Assembly (NCBI GenBank): GCA_938003915.1
Contig: CALKWV010000061.1
Span: forward strand, 5,683 to 69,682
Length of the DNA stretch: 64,000 nt
Direction: 5' to 3'
DNA from: an uncultured Bacillota bacterium
GTDB lineage: Bacteria > Bacillota > Clostridia > Caldicoprobacterales > UBA3941
Numbering within the stretch: position 1 is the first letter of the stretch; each line of letters begins with the position of its first letter. The notes under the pieces were generated by a model. The model had not been told where the DNA came from. It made no database searches and saw only the letters and a list, made by a program, of their open reading frames with translations. The position numbers were made by a program, and so were the translations under genes. Below are positions 20,066 to 32,293 of the stretch, in pieces.

Positions 20066-21327
20066 TTTACTACCTCCTCAGGAGATGAAATTTTGCCAGT
20101 TATTGCAGAGGCGGCTGCTACTGCGGGGCTGGCAAGGTAAACTTCGCTTTCCGGATGCCCCATCCTACCTACAAAGTTTCTATTGGTGGTGGCCACTGCC
20201 CGCTCGCCAGCTGCCAGTATCCCCATATGTCCGCCTAGACATGGACCACAGGTAGGTGTGCTTACTGCAGCGCCTGCTTCTATAAAGATCTCTAAAAGTC
20301 CCTCTTTCATAGCTTGCAGATAAATCTTTTGAGTAGCTGGGAATATTATGGTCCTTACCCCTTTTTTGACCTTATTACCTTTTAAGATTTTTGCCGCTAC
20401 CCTTAAATCTTCTATCCTGCCATTGGTACAGGAACCTATAACTACCTGATCAATAGGAATATCTCCTACTTCATCAATAGTGCGTGTATTTTCCGGTAGA
20501 TGGGGAAAAGCAACGGTAGGTCTTAGGGTAGACAGATCTATCTCAATTACCCTAGTGTACTCTGCATCCTCATCAGCCTTATAGATGGTATATTTTTTGG
20601 TGGAGTGTTCCTTCATATATTCTATGGTTTTTTCATCCACCTCAAAGATTCCATTCTTGGCTCCAGCTTCAATGGCCATATTGGCTATGGTAAATCTATC
20701 ATCCATGGTTAGGGATGCCACTCCAGGGCCGGTATATTCCATGGATTGATAGAGAGCACCGTCAACACCAATCATACCAATAATATGAAGGATCACATCC
20801 TTCCCACTAACCCATTTGGGCAGGCTACCTTTAAGAACAATCTTCATAGCCTCAGGTACCTTAAACCAAGCCTTGCCTATAGCCATACCCGCAGCCATAT
20901 CTGTGCTGCCCACCCCTGTAGAGAAGGCACCCAAAGCCCCATAAGTACAGGTATGAGAGTCAGCACCAATTACCACATCGCCGCTAACTACTAGACCCTT
21001 TTCTGGGATAAGGGCATGTTCTATTCCCATCTCCCCTACCTCAAAATAGTTTTCTATCTCTTTATCTCTAGCAAATTCCCTTATGAATTTGCACTGCTCT
21101 GCTGATTTTATATCCTTATTGGGAGTAAAATGATCCGGTACTATGGCAACTTTGCTCTTGTCAAATACTTCTTTTACACCAATCTTTTGAAACTCCTTAA
21201 TAGCTACGGGACTGGTTATATCATTGCCTAGCACCAAATCTAGATCTGCCATTATAAGCTGCCCGGCCTTTACCTTATCTAAACCTGCATGTGCAGCCAA
21301 TATTTTCTGTGTCATGGTCATTCCCAT
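20062..21327 (-). CDS. leuC: 3-isopropylmalate dehydratase large subunit
   Basis: Aconitase-family motifs: [35 protein letters not shown]. Start moved to ATG 21327 ([10 protein letters not shown]), which has AAGGAG 8 nt upstream. Confidence 0.9.
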   Translation of the reverse strand: MGMTMTQKILAAHAGLDKVKAGQLIMADLDLVLGNDITSPVAIKEFQKIGVKEVFDKSKVAIVPDHFTPNKDIKSAEQCKFIREFARDKEIENYFEVGEMGIEHALIPEKGLVVSGDVVIGADSHTCTYGALGAFSTGVGSTDMAAGMAIGKAWFKVPEAMKIVLKGSLPKWVSGKDVILHIIGMIGVDGALYQSMEYTGPGVASLTMDDRFTIANMAIEAGAKNGIFEVDEKTIEYMKEHSTKKYTIYKADEDAEYTRVIEIDLSTLRPTVAFPHLPENTRTIDEVGDIPIDQVVIGSCTNGRIEDLRVAAKILKGNKVKKGVRTIIFPATQKIYLQAMKEGLLEIFIEAGAAVSTPTCGPCLGGHMGILAAGERAVATTNRNFVGRMGHPESEVYLASPAVAAASAITGKISSPEEVVK

Positions 21328-21489
21328 GGTTCTCACTCCTTCTATATAGTTACTTCATTATGCCAATTAACTATTTATAATACCTACTATCCATAACTAC
21401 TTTGGAAAAACTTAGAGCTTGGTCCATGGCTCCAGCTTTCTCGAATTATCAATTTTACTATCATAGCTCCATTAGTCTAATGGTTATTT

Positions 21490-21520
21490 GCTTCCACCGG
21501 CAGGACGCCGGTTTGGAAGC
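21490..21520 (-). promoter_or_regulatory. GC-rich bulged stem-loop without U-tract in the 205-nt cimA-leuC spacer (function unknown)
   Basis: Minus-strand RNA reads GCUUCCA-AA-CCGGC-GUCCU-GCCGG-UGGAAGC: 12 bp, almost all G-C at the core. It is followed by AAAUAACC rather than a U-run. Confidence 0.4.
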
Positions 21521-21541
21521 ATAATAAAACTTCAATAATCA

Positions 21542-23191
21542 TTAAACCACATTATTTACCTCTTTACACTCTTCTTTGTTGCTGGCATTTCCATTTAAAT
21601 ATAGGAAATATTCAATTGAGTCTACCAAGGCATCCCAGCTTGCCTCTATTATGCTGGTAGATAAACCTACAGTGCCCCATACCCTTTTGCCATCAGTAGA
21701 CTCTATATGAACCCTTACCTTTGCAGCTGTCGCTTGGGTGGTGTCCAGCACCCGAACCTTATAGTCTGTCAAGCGCATTTCCTTTAATTGAGGATAGAAT
21801 ATTTCTAGGGCTTTTCTTAGGGCCTTGTCTAGAGCATTCACGGGTCCATCCCCTTCGGCTGCCACAACCTCTTCGGTACCATCCACCTTGACTTTTACTA
21901 TAGCTGAAGCGCTATAGTCATTTTGCCAATGTTCCTCACATAGAACCCTAAAATCCTTAACCTCAAAGAAGGTCTTGGCTTTGCCAAGGGCCCGCCTTAT
22001 CATTAGCTCAAAGGAGCTTTCAGCGCCTTCAAACTGGTAGCCTTCATACTCCAGCTGTTTTAACTTATCCATAATAAGCTTGGTTTCTGGGGATTCTTTA
22101 TCCACCCAAGGAGCTATTTTTTGTATCTTCTTAAGGATGGTGCTTCTCCCTGATACCTCAGACATCAGTATCCTACGTTCATTGCCCACTAGCTCCGGAG
22201 GTATATGCTCAAAGGAATGCTGGTTTTTTTGCACCCCATCTATGTGCATACCACCCTTATGGGCAAAGGCACTGTTCCCTACATAGGGCTGCCTTTCATT
22301 GTGAGGGAGATTAGCTATCTCGCTTATATATCGGGAAGCGGAAGTCAGTTCTCTTAATCCTTGCTCTTTTATACATTTCCTACCCCTCTTTATTTGGAGA
22401 TTAGCTATTATTACTGATAAATTAGCATTACCACACCGCTCTCCAAAGCCGTTGAAAGTTCCCTGTACCTGGCGCACTCCCTGCTCCACCGCCATTATGG
22501 AATTAGCATCGGCCATGCCTCCATCGTTGTGGCAATGAATTCCTACAGGGACTGCAAACTCCCGTAGAACATTATCCGTTATCTCGGTTATTTCAAAGGG
22601 GAAGCAGCCTCCATTGGTGTCACAGAGCACCAGCCAATCGGCTCCTGCCTCTGCTGCCACCTTCAAGGTTTTCATGGCATACTCACTGTTGCCTTTATAA
22701 CCATCAAAGAAATGCTCTGCGTCAAAGACTACTTCTTTACCCTGGCTTTTAAAAAAGGAAATGGTATCGTATATCATATTTAAATTTTCTTCTAAAGAAG
22801 TTCTAATAATATCAGTTACATGAAAATCCCAGCTCTTACCGAAAATAGCTACCACTGGCGTATCTGCCGTGAGCAGCGCCTTGACATTGGCATCTTCTTC
22901 AACCTTTATCCCTGGTCTTCTGGTGCTGCCGAAAGCTGCTAGCTTTGCATGCTTTAGGGGACGCTCCTTTATCTTGTTAAAGAACTCCAAATCCTTAGGA
23001 TTTGAGCCAGGATTTCCTGCCTCTATATAGTCCACGCCCAATGCATCCAATCTTCTAGCGATTCTGATCTTATCGTTTACTGTAAAAGATATTCCTTCCG
23101 CTTGGGCTCCATCCCTTAAGGTTGTGTCGTATATAAATACCTTGTTTACATCCTTTAAATTCCCAATTTTATCCCTCCATCTCACTTTCAT
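21542..23191 (-). CDS. cimA: (R)-citramalate synthase-type enzyme (LeuA/CimA family, second paralog in the operon)
   Basis: 549 aa. HMGL-like N-domain: [29 protein letters not shown]-terminal LeuA-dimer/regulatory domain. The sequence is clearly distinct from the adjacent canonical LeuA and resembles the CimA-type branch from memory. Confidence 0.65.
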   Translation of the reverse strand: MKVRWRDKIGNLKDVNKVFIYDTTLRDGAQAEGISFTVNDKIRIARRLDALGVDYIEAGNPGSNPKDLEFFNKIKERPLKHAKLAAFGSTRRPGIKVEEDANVKALLTADTPVVAIFGKSWDFHVTDIIRTSLEENLNMIYDTISFFKSQGKEVVFDAEHFFDGYKGNSEYAMKTLKVAAEAGADWLVLCDTNGGCFPFEITEITDNVLREFAVPVGIHCHNDGGMADANSIMAVEQGVRQVQGTFNGFGERCGNANLSVIIANLQIKRGRKCIKEQGLRELTSASRYISEIANLPHNERQPYVGNSAFAHKGGMHIDGVQKNQHSFEHIPPELVGNERRILMSEVSGRSTILKKIQKIAPWVDKESPETKLIMDKLKQLEYEGYQFEGAESSFELMIRRALGKAKTFFEVKDFRVLCEEHWQNDYSASAIVKVKVDGTEEVVAAEGDGPVNALDKALRKALEIFYPQLKEMRLTDYKVRVLDTTQATAAKVRVHIESTDGKRVWGTVGLSTSIIEASWDALVDSIEYFLYLNGNASNKEECKEVNNVV

Positions 23192-24722
23192 AGATCATTT
23201 TATTTATAGCATTTACATAGGCTTTTGCACTGGCCTCTATTACGTCTGTGCTTATGCCTCGACCTATAAATACATCTCCATTCCTGCCTATTTTTACTGT
23301 TACCTCACCCAAGGCATCTTTTCCACTGGTTACAGCTCTTAGATAATAGTCCTTAAGATTTACCTCTACGCCTGCTGCCCTATCTATAGCCTTAAAGGTA
23401 GCATCAATAGGGCCATCACCGCAGGCTGCTTCTTGAATAACCCCATCTTCTTTTTTCAGTCTCACTGTAGAAGTTGCTATAGTAGAGTTACCGCTAGATA
23501 TATGGAAATACTCTAGATCATAGATTGTAGGTACTTGAATTACCTTTTCTGAAAGTAGTGCTTCTATATCGCTATCTGTTACATGTTTTTTCTTATCAGC
23601 TAAATCCTTAAACTTTTCAAAGGCCTCGTTGACTTTGTCAGGATCTAAATGGGTGTACCCTAACTCTTTTAGCTTCTCCTCAAAGGCATGACGTCCAGAA
23701 TGCTTGCCCAGTACTATCTGGCTCTGTCTAAGCCCTATGGACTCCGGAGTCATGATCTCATAGGTTTCCCTCTTGCTCAAAACTCCGTGCTGATGGATTC
23801 CTGACTCATGTGCAAAAGCATTGGCCCCCGTAATTGCCTTGTTGGGCTGGATATGAACTCCCGTTAGATGACTTACCAGACGACTGCTTCTATAGATTTC
23901 CTCAGTTACAATCCCAGTGTCGCATCCGTAAAAGTCCTTTCGGGTTTTTAGTGCCATTACAATCTCTTCTAAAGCTGCATTGCCAGCCCTCTCACCTAGC
24001 CCATTGATGGTACACTCTACTTGGGTAGCACCATTTTGTATGGCAGCTAGGGAGTTAGATACAGCCATACCCAAATCATTATGGCAATGGACACTTAAAG
24101 TAACATCTTCTATTCCTTCCACATTTTCCACTATGGATTTAATAAGGTTTCCAAATTCTCCTGGGGTACTATAGCCCACAGTATCAGGGATATTTATTAC
24201 CGTTGCCCCTGCTTTTATAGCTGTCTCAATAACCTTGAATAAAAATTCCGGCCTGGTTCTGGATCCATCCTCAGCGGAAAACTCAACGTCTTCACAAAAG
24301 GACTTGGCATAGGATACCATATCATGTACCCGCTTTAGCACCTCTTCTGGGGTCATCTTAAGCTTATACTCCATATGAATATCCGATGTGGCTATAAAGG
24401 TATGAATACGGGGACGGGCTGCATACTTTAAAGCTTCCCAGGCCCTTTCAATATCCTTTTTCACAGCCCTTGCCAATCCTACAATTACAGGCTTTCTAAT
24501 ATTTTGGGCTATGGTCTTAACGGCTTCAAAATCACCCTTGGAAGCAATGGGAAAGCCGGCTTCTATGGCATCCACCCCCAGTCTTTCCAACTGGGCAGCT
24601 ATCTCCAATTTTTCTTGAACATTGAGGCTAATGCCCGGCGTTTGTTCTCCATCTCTCAAGGTTGTATCGAAAATATAAATTCTCCTTGACATCTTGACCT
24701 CCCTCTTTGATAAATATTTCAC
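23169..24722 (-). CDS. leuA: 2-isopropylmalate synthase
   Basis: 517 aa. [25 protein letters not shown] and a C-terminal LeuA dimerisation domain. Confidence 0.9.
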   Translation of the reverse strand: MKYLSKREVKMSRRIYIFDTTLRDGEQTPGISLNVQEKLEIAAQLERLGVDAIEAGFPIASKGDFEAVKTIAQNIRKPVIVGLARAVKKDIERAWEALKYAARPRIHTFIATSDIHMEYKLKMTPEEVLKRVHDMVSYAKSFCEDVEFSAEDGSRTRPEFLFKVIETAIKAGATVINIPDTVGYSTPGEFGNLIKSIVENVEGIEDVTLSVHCHNDLGMAVSNSLAAIQNGATQVECTINGLGERAGNAALEEIVMALKTRKDFYGCDTGIVTEEIYRSSRLVSHLTGVHIQPNKAITGANAFAHESGIHQHGVLSKRETYEIMTPESIGLRQSQIVLGKHSGRHAFEEKLKELGYTHLDPDKVNEAFEKFKDLADKKKHVTDSDIEALLSEKVIQVPTIYDLEYFHISSGNSTIATSTVRLKKEDGVIQEAACGDGPIDATFKAIDRAAGVEVNLKDYYLRAVTSGKDALGEVTVKIGRNGDVFIGRGISTDVIEASAKAYVNAINKMIYESEMEG

Positions 24723-24816
24723 AATATTCCAAATCTTCTGGATTTAAATTTTGCAATTCTCTCTCAATAATCCCCTATGAGTACCCCTTACTGGTTTTAT
24801 ATGTTTTGTTTATGAA

Positions 24817-24847
24817 AGTTAGAGGTGGGGAAACCCAGCCTCTAACT
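24817..24847 (-). promoter_or_regulatory. Stem-loop in the ilvC-leuA spacer (possible partial terminator or processing site)
   Basis: 9-bp stem aguuagagg/ccucuaacu. On the minus strand only a weak U-run follows (UUUCAU). On the plus strand it is followed by TTTTT. Confidence 0.35.
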
Positions 24848-24854
24848 TTTTATA

Positions 24855-26335
<1,481 letters not shown>

Positions 26336-26364
<29 letters not shown>

Positions 26365-27997
26365 CTTCTTCCCCCCTCGAAATTGGAATTACATTTGCAT
26401 AAGGGTCTATGACAAATTCCCCAATGATGGGACCCTTGTATTCTAAAAGCCGTTTAATTCCTTCTAAAATTTCCTCTTGTCTCTCTACCCTAAACGCCTC
26501 AATTCCATAAGCATGGGCCAGCTTTATAAAGTCCGGATTACCTTTCATGGCAGTTTGATAATACCTCTCTCCATGAAGCTGCTGCTGAATTTCCCTTACC
26601 ATGCCCAAATAACCATTGTTGAATATCATTATCTTTAGCTCTGCATTTTCTTGAACTATGGTAGCAAGCTCTCCCAGACTCATCTGAAAACCGCCATCAC
26701 CAACTATTAGAATTACTTCCTTATGCCTACATCCCAGCTTGGCTCCCAAGGCTGCTGGCAGCCCATAGCCCATAGTACCCAAACCCCCGGAGGTTAAAAA
26801 TGACCTGGGATTTCTAGTCTTATAATACCTTGCTGCCCACATCTGATGCTGGCCTACATCGGTTACCAATATGGTATCCTCAGTTACCATATCCGATAGG
26901 ATTTTTATGATTTCCATAGGGTTTAATCCTTGAGTACATTGCCCCACCCCTTGGACTTTGCTCTTCCACCTCTTGACCCTGGACAACCAGCCCCAATCAT
27001 TTCTACTTATGTCTTTCTTAAGCAATTCCTTAAGGGTGGTTTTTATATCCCCTACAATTGGAATATCTACCTCAATGTTTTTACCTATTTCAGCCGGGTC
27101 AATATCTATGTGTACCACCTTGGCCCTTTGTGCAAATTCTTGGGCCTTGCCTGTGGCTCTATCTCCCATCCTGGCTCCCAGTAAAATTAGTAGATCCGCT
27201 TCAGCCACTGCCCTATTGGCGGCATAAACCCCATGCTGCCCTAAAAAGCCTAAAGATAGTTCATGATCTCCGGGAAAAGCTCCTATGCCCATTAGGGTAG
27301 ATGCTACAGGTGCCTTAATGGTTTCAGCCAGTTTAACTATCTCTTCCGTTGCGTTGCTAGAAACAGCTCCGCCCCCTATACATATCACCGGCCGGCTGCT
27401 TTCTAAGATGGCTTTTGCCATTCTCTTAATCTGCCCTGGATGCCCCTGATATGTGGGCTTATAGCCCCTTAGCTTCACCTGTTTTGGGTATTCAAAATCT
27501 AGTGTGTCCATAGCTATATCTTTGGGTATGTCTATAAGGACAGGTCCGGGACGACCTGTAGATGCCAGATAAAAAGCTTCTTTAAAAATACGGGGTATGT
27601 CTTTGGCATCCTTTACCAGATAACTGTATTTTGTAAAAGGCTCAGTTGCTCCAGTAATATCTGCTTCTTGAAATACATCCCTGCCCACCATGGATAAGGG
27701 CACCTGGCCAGTTATGGCTACCAAAGGGATAGAATCCATATAGGCTGTTGCTATTCCTGTTATCATATTTGTGGCTCCGGGACCGGAAGTAGATATGCAT
27801 ACCCCTACCTTGCCGGTAGCACGGGCATAGCCATTGGCTGCATGGACAGCAGCCTGTTCATTCCGGACTAGTACGTGATGAATATTTGATCTATAAAGTG
27901 CATCGTATATATGTGTAACAGCTCCACCAGGATAGCCGAAAATTATCTCTACATTTTCCAACTCCAAGGCCTTAACAACTGCCTCTGCTCCTGTCAT
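26336..27997 (-). CDS. ilvB: Acetolactate synthase large subunit
   Basis: The track ORF (589 aa) extends into the T-box terminator. The real start is taken as ATG 27997 (MTGAEAVVKALELENV..), which has an AGGAGG-containing SD upstream. ThDP motifs GYPGGA, TSGPGATN, GGLGTMGYGLPAALGA and GDGGFQM are present. Confidence 0.9.
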
Positions 27998-28050
27998 CTT
28001 CACCCTTCCTACACCTCCTACCGTGCTACAATAATCAACAAAAAATGTAT

Positions 28051-28320
28051 AAAAAAACCTTTCACCCCCTTTGCAGGGGCGAAAGGTTATCTTCCGCGGT
28101 ACCACCCGGCTTTATCTATGCCTCACGACATAGATCTCTACAGGTTCCATCAAACCCTGGCCTGTAACGTGACCTCACGTCAAGCTCTACTTAAGGCACA
28201 ATAACCTCTTTCAAGCTTGCTTCTCGGGAGTGAGCATACAATCCAACCGCCCACCGATTCACACTAACCATCGGCTCACTGAAGATAGCTCTGTTGGATC
28301 TTCTGTCTCCGTCATAGAAT
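28051..28320 (-). promoter_or_regulatory. T-box leader of the ilv-leu operon; inferred specifier CUC (Leu)
   Basis: On the minus strand: CUAUGAC K-turn start, base stem GGAG/CUCC, stem GAUCCAAC/GUUGGAUU, AGUGAG bay. T-box sequence GGGUGGUACCGCG lies at 28095-28107. The terminator aaccuuucg..ugaaagguu (28057-28088) is followed by U7. The 3' strand of the specifier loop is GUAUG-CUC-A (CUC at 28232-28234). Confidence 0.85.
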
Positions 28321-28585
28321 TTATAACTTTAAGCCTTTTTTCCGTTCTATATAATTTTTAACAAGGAAGTATATCTAATTAAATGTATATTTATAATAAT
28401 ATTGCCGTTTTTTTATACATGCAGGTTATAATAATGCCCGACAACAGACCCCTTCCTCAGAAGAAACCTGCCGCCGGGTCTTTTACTCCTTTATGTATTA
28501 TCAAACATTGTCAAAATCCTTTAAATCAGGGCAATAGCTTGATATACTTCCTTCTGATTGCTTTCCAAATTTAGATTTGCTAACT

Positions 28586-28614
28586 ATAATAGCATCCCTA
28601 ATAGCTTTTGTCAA
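28586..28614 (-). promoter_or_regulatory. Strong sigma-A-type promoter (TTGACA - 17 nt - TATTAT), likely ilv-leu operon promoter
   Basis: The minus strand reads TTGACAaaagctattagggatgcTATTAT. It would give a pre-T-box leader of roughly 260 nt. Confidence 0.5.
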
Positions 28615-28627
28615 CAACTTTTTTATA

Positions 28628-28642
28628 ATTTTTTTGAAAATT
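28628..28642. promoter_or_regulatory. CodY-box-like motif just upstream of the ilv-leu -35
   Basis: ATTTTTTTGAAAATT matches the consensus AATTTTCWGAAAATT at 13 of 15 positions. Confidence 0.35.
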
Positions 28643-28701
28643 CTCTGTAAAATTAATTATACAATCAAATTCAATAGATTAAAAATATGATATGTATATA
28701 A

Positions 28702-28905
28702 TTATTGTTCCTTTTGCTTGATTATCCTTTTTACCCTTTTTTCAAAGGCCTCTCTGTCAAGCATTACGATACGTCCGCATTTTAGGCATTTCATCTTCAT
28801 GTCAGCGCCCACCCTTGTGACTTCCCACTCTCTATTGCCACAAGGATGCTTTTTTTTGGTCTCTATTATGTCTCCTACAAAAAATTGCCTTGCCATGACA
28901 GACAC
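28702..28905 (-). CDS. DUF951-family small protein
   Basis: 67 aa. GDIIETKKKHPCGNREWEVTRVGADMKMKCLKCGRIVMLDREAFEKR matches my memory of the DUF951 pattern (HPCG..C..CG). Confidence 0.65.
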   Translation of the reverse strand: MSVMARQFFVGDIIETKKKHPCGNREWEVTRVGADMKMKCLKCGRIVMLDREAFEKRVKRIIKQKEQ

Positions 28906-28909
28906 CCCC

Positions 28910-29761
28910 TTAGCTTTTTTCTTTATCTAATATAACAAATCTTGGATAAGATATCTGTATATTATTTTCATCAAAGGCCTCTTTTATAAGCTTGCGAAGC
29001 TCCCGCTCTACTCCCCAGTGCTTCAAAGGAAGAGTTCTAGCAACCAATCGCAAGGTTATACCCACGTGATCCATGGCAGTAATTCCAAAAACTTTTGGTT
29101 CTTCAACAATATCCGGATTTTGAGCAGCATATTCTCTACTGACCTTTTCCATTATTGCAATAGCTTTATCTATATCATTTTCATAGGCAAGATTTACTTC
29201 CACTACTGCGGCGGAGTTTTCCCTGGAATAATTTGTTACCACAGTTATTTGACCGTTGGGTATAATATTAATATCCCCTTTAAAGCCTCTAATCTTAGTA
29301 ATACGAAGTCCAATCTCCTCTACAGTGCCAGTGATATCTTGAATCTTTACAAAGTCGCCTACTCCATACTGATCTTCGAATATTATAAAAAATCCGCTAA
29401 TAACATCCTTTACTAAACTTTGGGCTCCAAAGCCTATAGCTAATCCGCCAATTCCTGCTGTAGCCAAAATAGATGAGGTATTAACGCCTAACTCTCCCAG
29501 TATCATCAAGACAGCAATAAAATAAACTGTATATCTTAGTATACTTTTGGTTAGTGCCTTTAAGGTCTCATTTTTTGTCTTATTAATGCTTACTCTACTA
29601 CGGGCTTGACTATCAAAAATGCTCCTTATGAGAAAGCTTCCTACCCGGATTAATATATTGGCTGCAATCCAAATAAGGATTATTTTTATTATCTTAAGCC
29701 CTATAGTCATATAATTGTCTATAGTCCATTTGCTTAACCAGCCAACAATTTCTTCAAGCAT
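28910..29761 (-). CDS. Small-conductance mechanosensitive channel (MscS family)
   Basis: 283 aa. Three N-terminal TM segments followed by the MscS beta-domain motif GDFVKIQDITGTVEEIGLRITKIR. Confidence 0.8.
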   Translation of the reverse strand: MLEEIVGWLSKWTIDNYMTIGLKIIKIILIWIAANILIRVGSFLIRSIFDSQARSRVSINKTKNETLKALTKSILRYTVYFIAVLMILGELGVNTSSILATAGIGGLAIGFGAQSLVKDVISGFFIIFEDQYGVGDFVKIQDITGTVEEIGLRITKIRGFKGDINIIPNGQITVVTNYSRENSAAVVEVNLAYENDIDKAIAIMEKVSREYAAQNPDIVEEPKVFGITAMDHVGITLRLVARTLPLKHWGVERELRKLIKEAFDENNIQISYPRFVILDKEKS

Positions 29762-29764
29762 ATT

Positions 29765-30499
29765 CTACAAACCCCCTTTTCTCTTCATTGCAGCATTAAC
29801 TAACCCTTTAAAAAGTCCCAACATTTTCTCATCCCTTTGCCACATTTTTTCCGGATGCCATTGTACACCAACTGCAAAGCTATGACATAGGGACTCTATG
29901 CCTTCTACCACACCATCACCACACCAGGCTGTTATCTTAAAGCAAGCTGCCAATTTCTTTATAGCCTGATGGTGAAAACTATTGGTGAAAAGTTTCTCTA
30001 CACCAAGCATTTGTCTAAGTTTTGAGCCCTTATCTAATTCAACCTCATGGCTGCCATACCAATCCGGAGCTTGTTGTCTATGTTTGTAAAGCTGACCCGA
30101 TGTCCATTGGGTCTCTAGATCCTGATATATGGTTCCCCCCATGGCAATGTTCATCAGCTGTATACCACGGCAAATCCCAAGTACAGGAATATCCTGCTCC
30201 ATAGCCTGCCTGCATAAGCTAATTTCTAAACTATCCCTAAAGGGGTTTACAAATCCAAGTTTTGGTATGGGCGCCTCCCCAAAAAATCCGGGATCTACAT
30301 CATTCCCACCAGTTAAAAGCAGCCCATCTAAAGAAGTAAAAAGCTCCAAGGCCTTTTCCTTATGTATATTAGGTATTAAAACAGGTAAGCCTCCCGCCTC
30401 TACTATGGCATCATAATATCCCCTATGAAGCCGGGAGTTTTGCTTTTCTACATCATAATCACAAGTTACACCAATAATGGGCATTGACATAAATATCAT
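29765..30499 (-). CDS. Class-I glutamine amidotransferase / peptidase C26 (gamma-glutamyl hydrolase, PuuD-like)
   Basis: 244 aa. Nucleophile elbow GICRGIQLMN and His in VQWHPE. Confidence 0.7.
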   Translation of the reverse strand: MIFMSMPIIGVTCDYDVEKQNSRLHRGYYDAIVEAGGLPVLIPNIHKEKALELFTSLDGLLLTGGNDVDPGFFGEAPIPKLGFVNPFRDSLEISLCRQAMEQDIPVLGICRGIQLMNIAMGGTIYQDLETQWTSGQLYKHRQQAPDWYGSHEVELDKGSKLRQMLGVEKLFTNSFHHQAIKKLAACFKITAWCGDGVVEGIESLCHSFAVGVQWHPEKMWQRDEKMLGLFKGLVNAAMKRKGGL

Positions 30500-30586
30500 C
30501 TTCTTTCTTTGTATAGTCTCCTATACTAGCTCAATGGCTATTATTTAGCTGTTATAATAGCTATTAAGCTCCTTATCACTAATATT

Positions 30587-31918
30587 CTAAAACTTAGTTA
30601 AATATTTCTCAAGCTCCCAAGGAGTAACCTGTACCTTGTATTCATCCCATTCGATTTTTTTGGCTTCTACATAGCGGCTATAGATGTGCTGGCCCAGGGC
30701 TTCTTGAATCACCTTATCCTCCATTAAGGCACGTATTGCATTAGCAAGATTGCTGGGTAATCGTGGAATATGCCCATCCAACCTTTCCTGTTCAGTCATA
30801 TCATAGATATTACAATTAACAGGCTCGGGTGGGAATATCTTGTTTTTAATGCCCTCTAGTCCCGCCTTTAAGGTTACCGCCAAGGCAAGGTATGGATTGC
30901 AAGAGGGATCTGGACTTCTTAGCTCCACCCTGGTACCTACCCCCCTGTTTGATGGAATTCTAATTAAGGGACTTCTATTTTGACCTGACCAGGCAATATA
31001 AACCGGCGCCTCATAGCCAGAAACCAATCTTTTATAGGAGTTTACCAAAGGATTGGTTATTGCAGTGATGGCGGATGCATGCTTCATCAGCCCACCTATA
31101 TAATATAGTGCAATATCACTAAGCCCCATTTCACCCTCTGGATCATAAAAGACATTCTGTCCATTACTAAATAAGGACTGATTAAGGTGCATACCTGAAC
31201 CAGCAATTCCGTAAACCGGTTTGGGCATAAAGGTGGCATGTAGACCATGACGCTGTGCCACTATCCTTACCACCATTTTAAATGTCATAACATTATCAGC
31301 GGTAGTTAAAGCATCATCATATTTAAAATCTATCTCATGCTGTCCAGGAGCTAGTTCATGATGGGAGGCTTCGATCTCAAAACCCATCTGTTCTAAAGTT
31401 AAACACATCTCCTGACGGGCACTTTCCCCCAGGTCTACCGGAGCTAAATCAAAATAACCTGCATTGTCATGGGTAATGGTAGTAGGCTTTCCTTCTTTAT
31501 CTATATGGAACAAAAAGAATTCCGCTTCCGGTCCCACATACATAGTATAGCCCATATCCTCCGCTTCTTTTAATACCCGCTTTAGGGTATTTCTAGGACA
31601 GCCATCAAAAGGTGTTCCATCAGCATTATATACATCACAAATAAGACGTGCGACCTTATTCTCTTCGCTACTCCAGGGAAATATTACAAAGGAATCTGGA
31701 TCTGGATGCAGATACATATCCGATTCTTCAATTCTAACAAAACCCTCGATAGAAGAACCATCAAACATTATTTGGTTATCCAGTGCCTTGTCCAACTGTT
31801 GGACTGTAATGGCCACATTTTTCATGGTGCCAAAAATATCTGTAAATTGAAGGCGGATAAATTTTACCTTTTCCTCTTTACATATCCTTTTTATATCTTC
31901 CCTTGTATATTTGGACAT
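30587..31918 (-). CDS. glnA: Glutamine synthetase type I
   Basis: [55 protein letters not shown] closely mirrors the Bacillus GlnA N-terminus. Start moved to ATG 31918, which has GGAGGAGG 8 nt upstream. Confidence 0.9.
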   Translation of the reverse strand: MSKYTREDIKRICKEEKVKFIRLQFTDIFGTMKNVAITVQQLDKALDNQIMFDGSSIEGFVRIEESDMYLHPDPDSFVIFPWSSEENKVARLICDVYNADGTPFDGCPRNTLKRVLKEAEDMGYTMYVGPEAEFFLFHIDKEGKPTTITHDNAGYFDLAPVDLGESARQEMCLTLEQMGFEIEASHHELAPGQHEIDFKYDDALTTADNVMTFKMVVRIVAQRHGLHATFMPKPVYGIAGSGMHLNQSLFSNGQNVFYDPEGEMGLSDIALYYIGGLMKHASAITAITNPLVNSYKRLVSGYEAPVYIAWSGQNRSPLIRIPSNRGVGTRVELRSPDPSCNPYLALAVTLKAGLEGIKNKIFPPEPVNCNIYDMTEQERLDGHIPRLPSNLANAIRALMEDKVIQEALGQHIYSRYVEAKKIEWDEYKVQVTPWELEKYLTKF

Positions 31919-31987
31919 CAAATAATCCTCCTCCACTACGCTTCTGCTTTTTAGCTAACCTATATGTATGAATTTCATTTTCTAGAC

Positions 31988-31996
31988 ATTATATCA
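31988..31996 (-). promoter_or_regulatory. Extended -10 element (TGaTATAAT) of a probable glnA promoter
   Basis: The minus strand reads ctgTGaTATAATg about 70 nt upstream of the glnA ATG. No good -35 was seen. Confidence 0.4.
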
Positions 31997-32043
31997 CAGA
32001 TTGACTGCTTTAGCTCATAATTTTAAATTTAAAAAATTATATA

Positions 32044-32072
32044 GAAAAGGCGATAGGAATTTTCCTACCGCC
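32044..32072 (-). terminator. Intrinsic terminator following the glycosidase gene remnant
   Basis: Minus-strand RNA reads ggcgguagg-aaaauu-ccuaucgcc (9 bp including one G-U) followed by UUUU. Confidence 0.6.
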
Positions 32073-32110
32073 CTAACATGTCTTCCAAAATTGGTATATT
32101 AATTTGTCTA

Positions 32111-32293
32111 TTACAACTTTAATTTTCCTTCGTTGATTTCCCTTATAATCTTAGAATCAATCTTGGGTTTAGGATCATTAGCTAATAAACCATTGATCTC
32201 CTGCTCTACATCTGTTAGCTGAGTATAACAGAAGCCTTGAATAAGATCAGATTCAAGTATAGCAAATACTACATCGATAATAGAATATATAAA
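32111..32293 (-). pseudogene. C-terminal remnant (~60 codons) of a glycoside-hydrolase (GH2-like) gene
   Basis: The minus-strand frame reads FIYSIIDVVFAILESDLIQGFCYTQLTDVEQEINGLLANDPKPKIDSKIIREINEGKLKL*. It has no start codon and an in-frame TAA immediately upstream. The motif FCYTQLTDVEQE.NGLL recalls the C-terminus of GH2-family enzymes (from memory). Confidence 0.4.

Noticed and set aside
21454-21489. 11-codon ORF (MLPNRRPAGGSK) running through the cimA-leuC hairpin, considered as a possible leader peptide
   Set aside because: It has no SD and no run of regulatory Leu/Ile/Val codons. The frame is simply a by-product of the GC-rich stem.
27998-28105. N-terminal 36-codon extension of the operon ilvB ORF as given in the ORF track (589 aa, start 28105)
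   Set aside because: The extension overlaps the T-box sequence and terminator hairpin and has no RBS. ATG 27997 has an AGGAGG-containing SD and gives the canonical MTGAEAVVKALE N-terminus.
28383-28574. 63-aa plus-strand ORF in the ilv-leu upstream region
   Set aside because: It has no RBS and lies antisense to the inferred leader transcript. Its composition is low-complexity and Leu/Ile-rich, typical of a chance ORF in AT-rich DNA.
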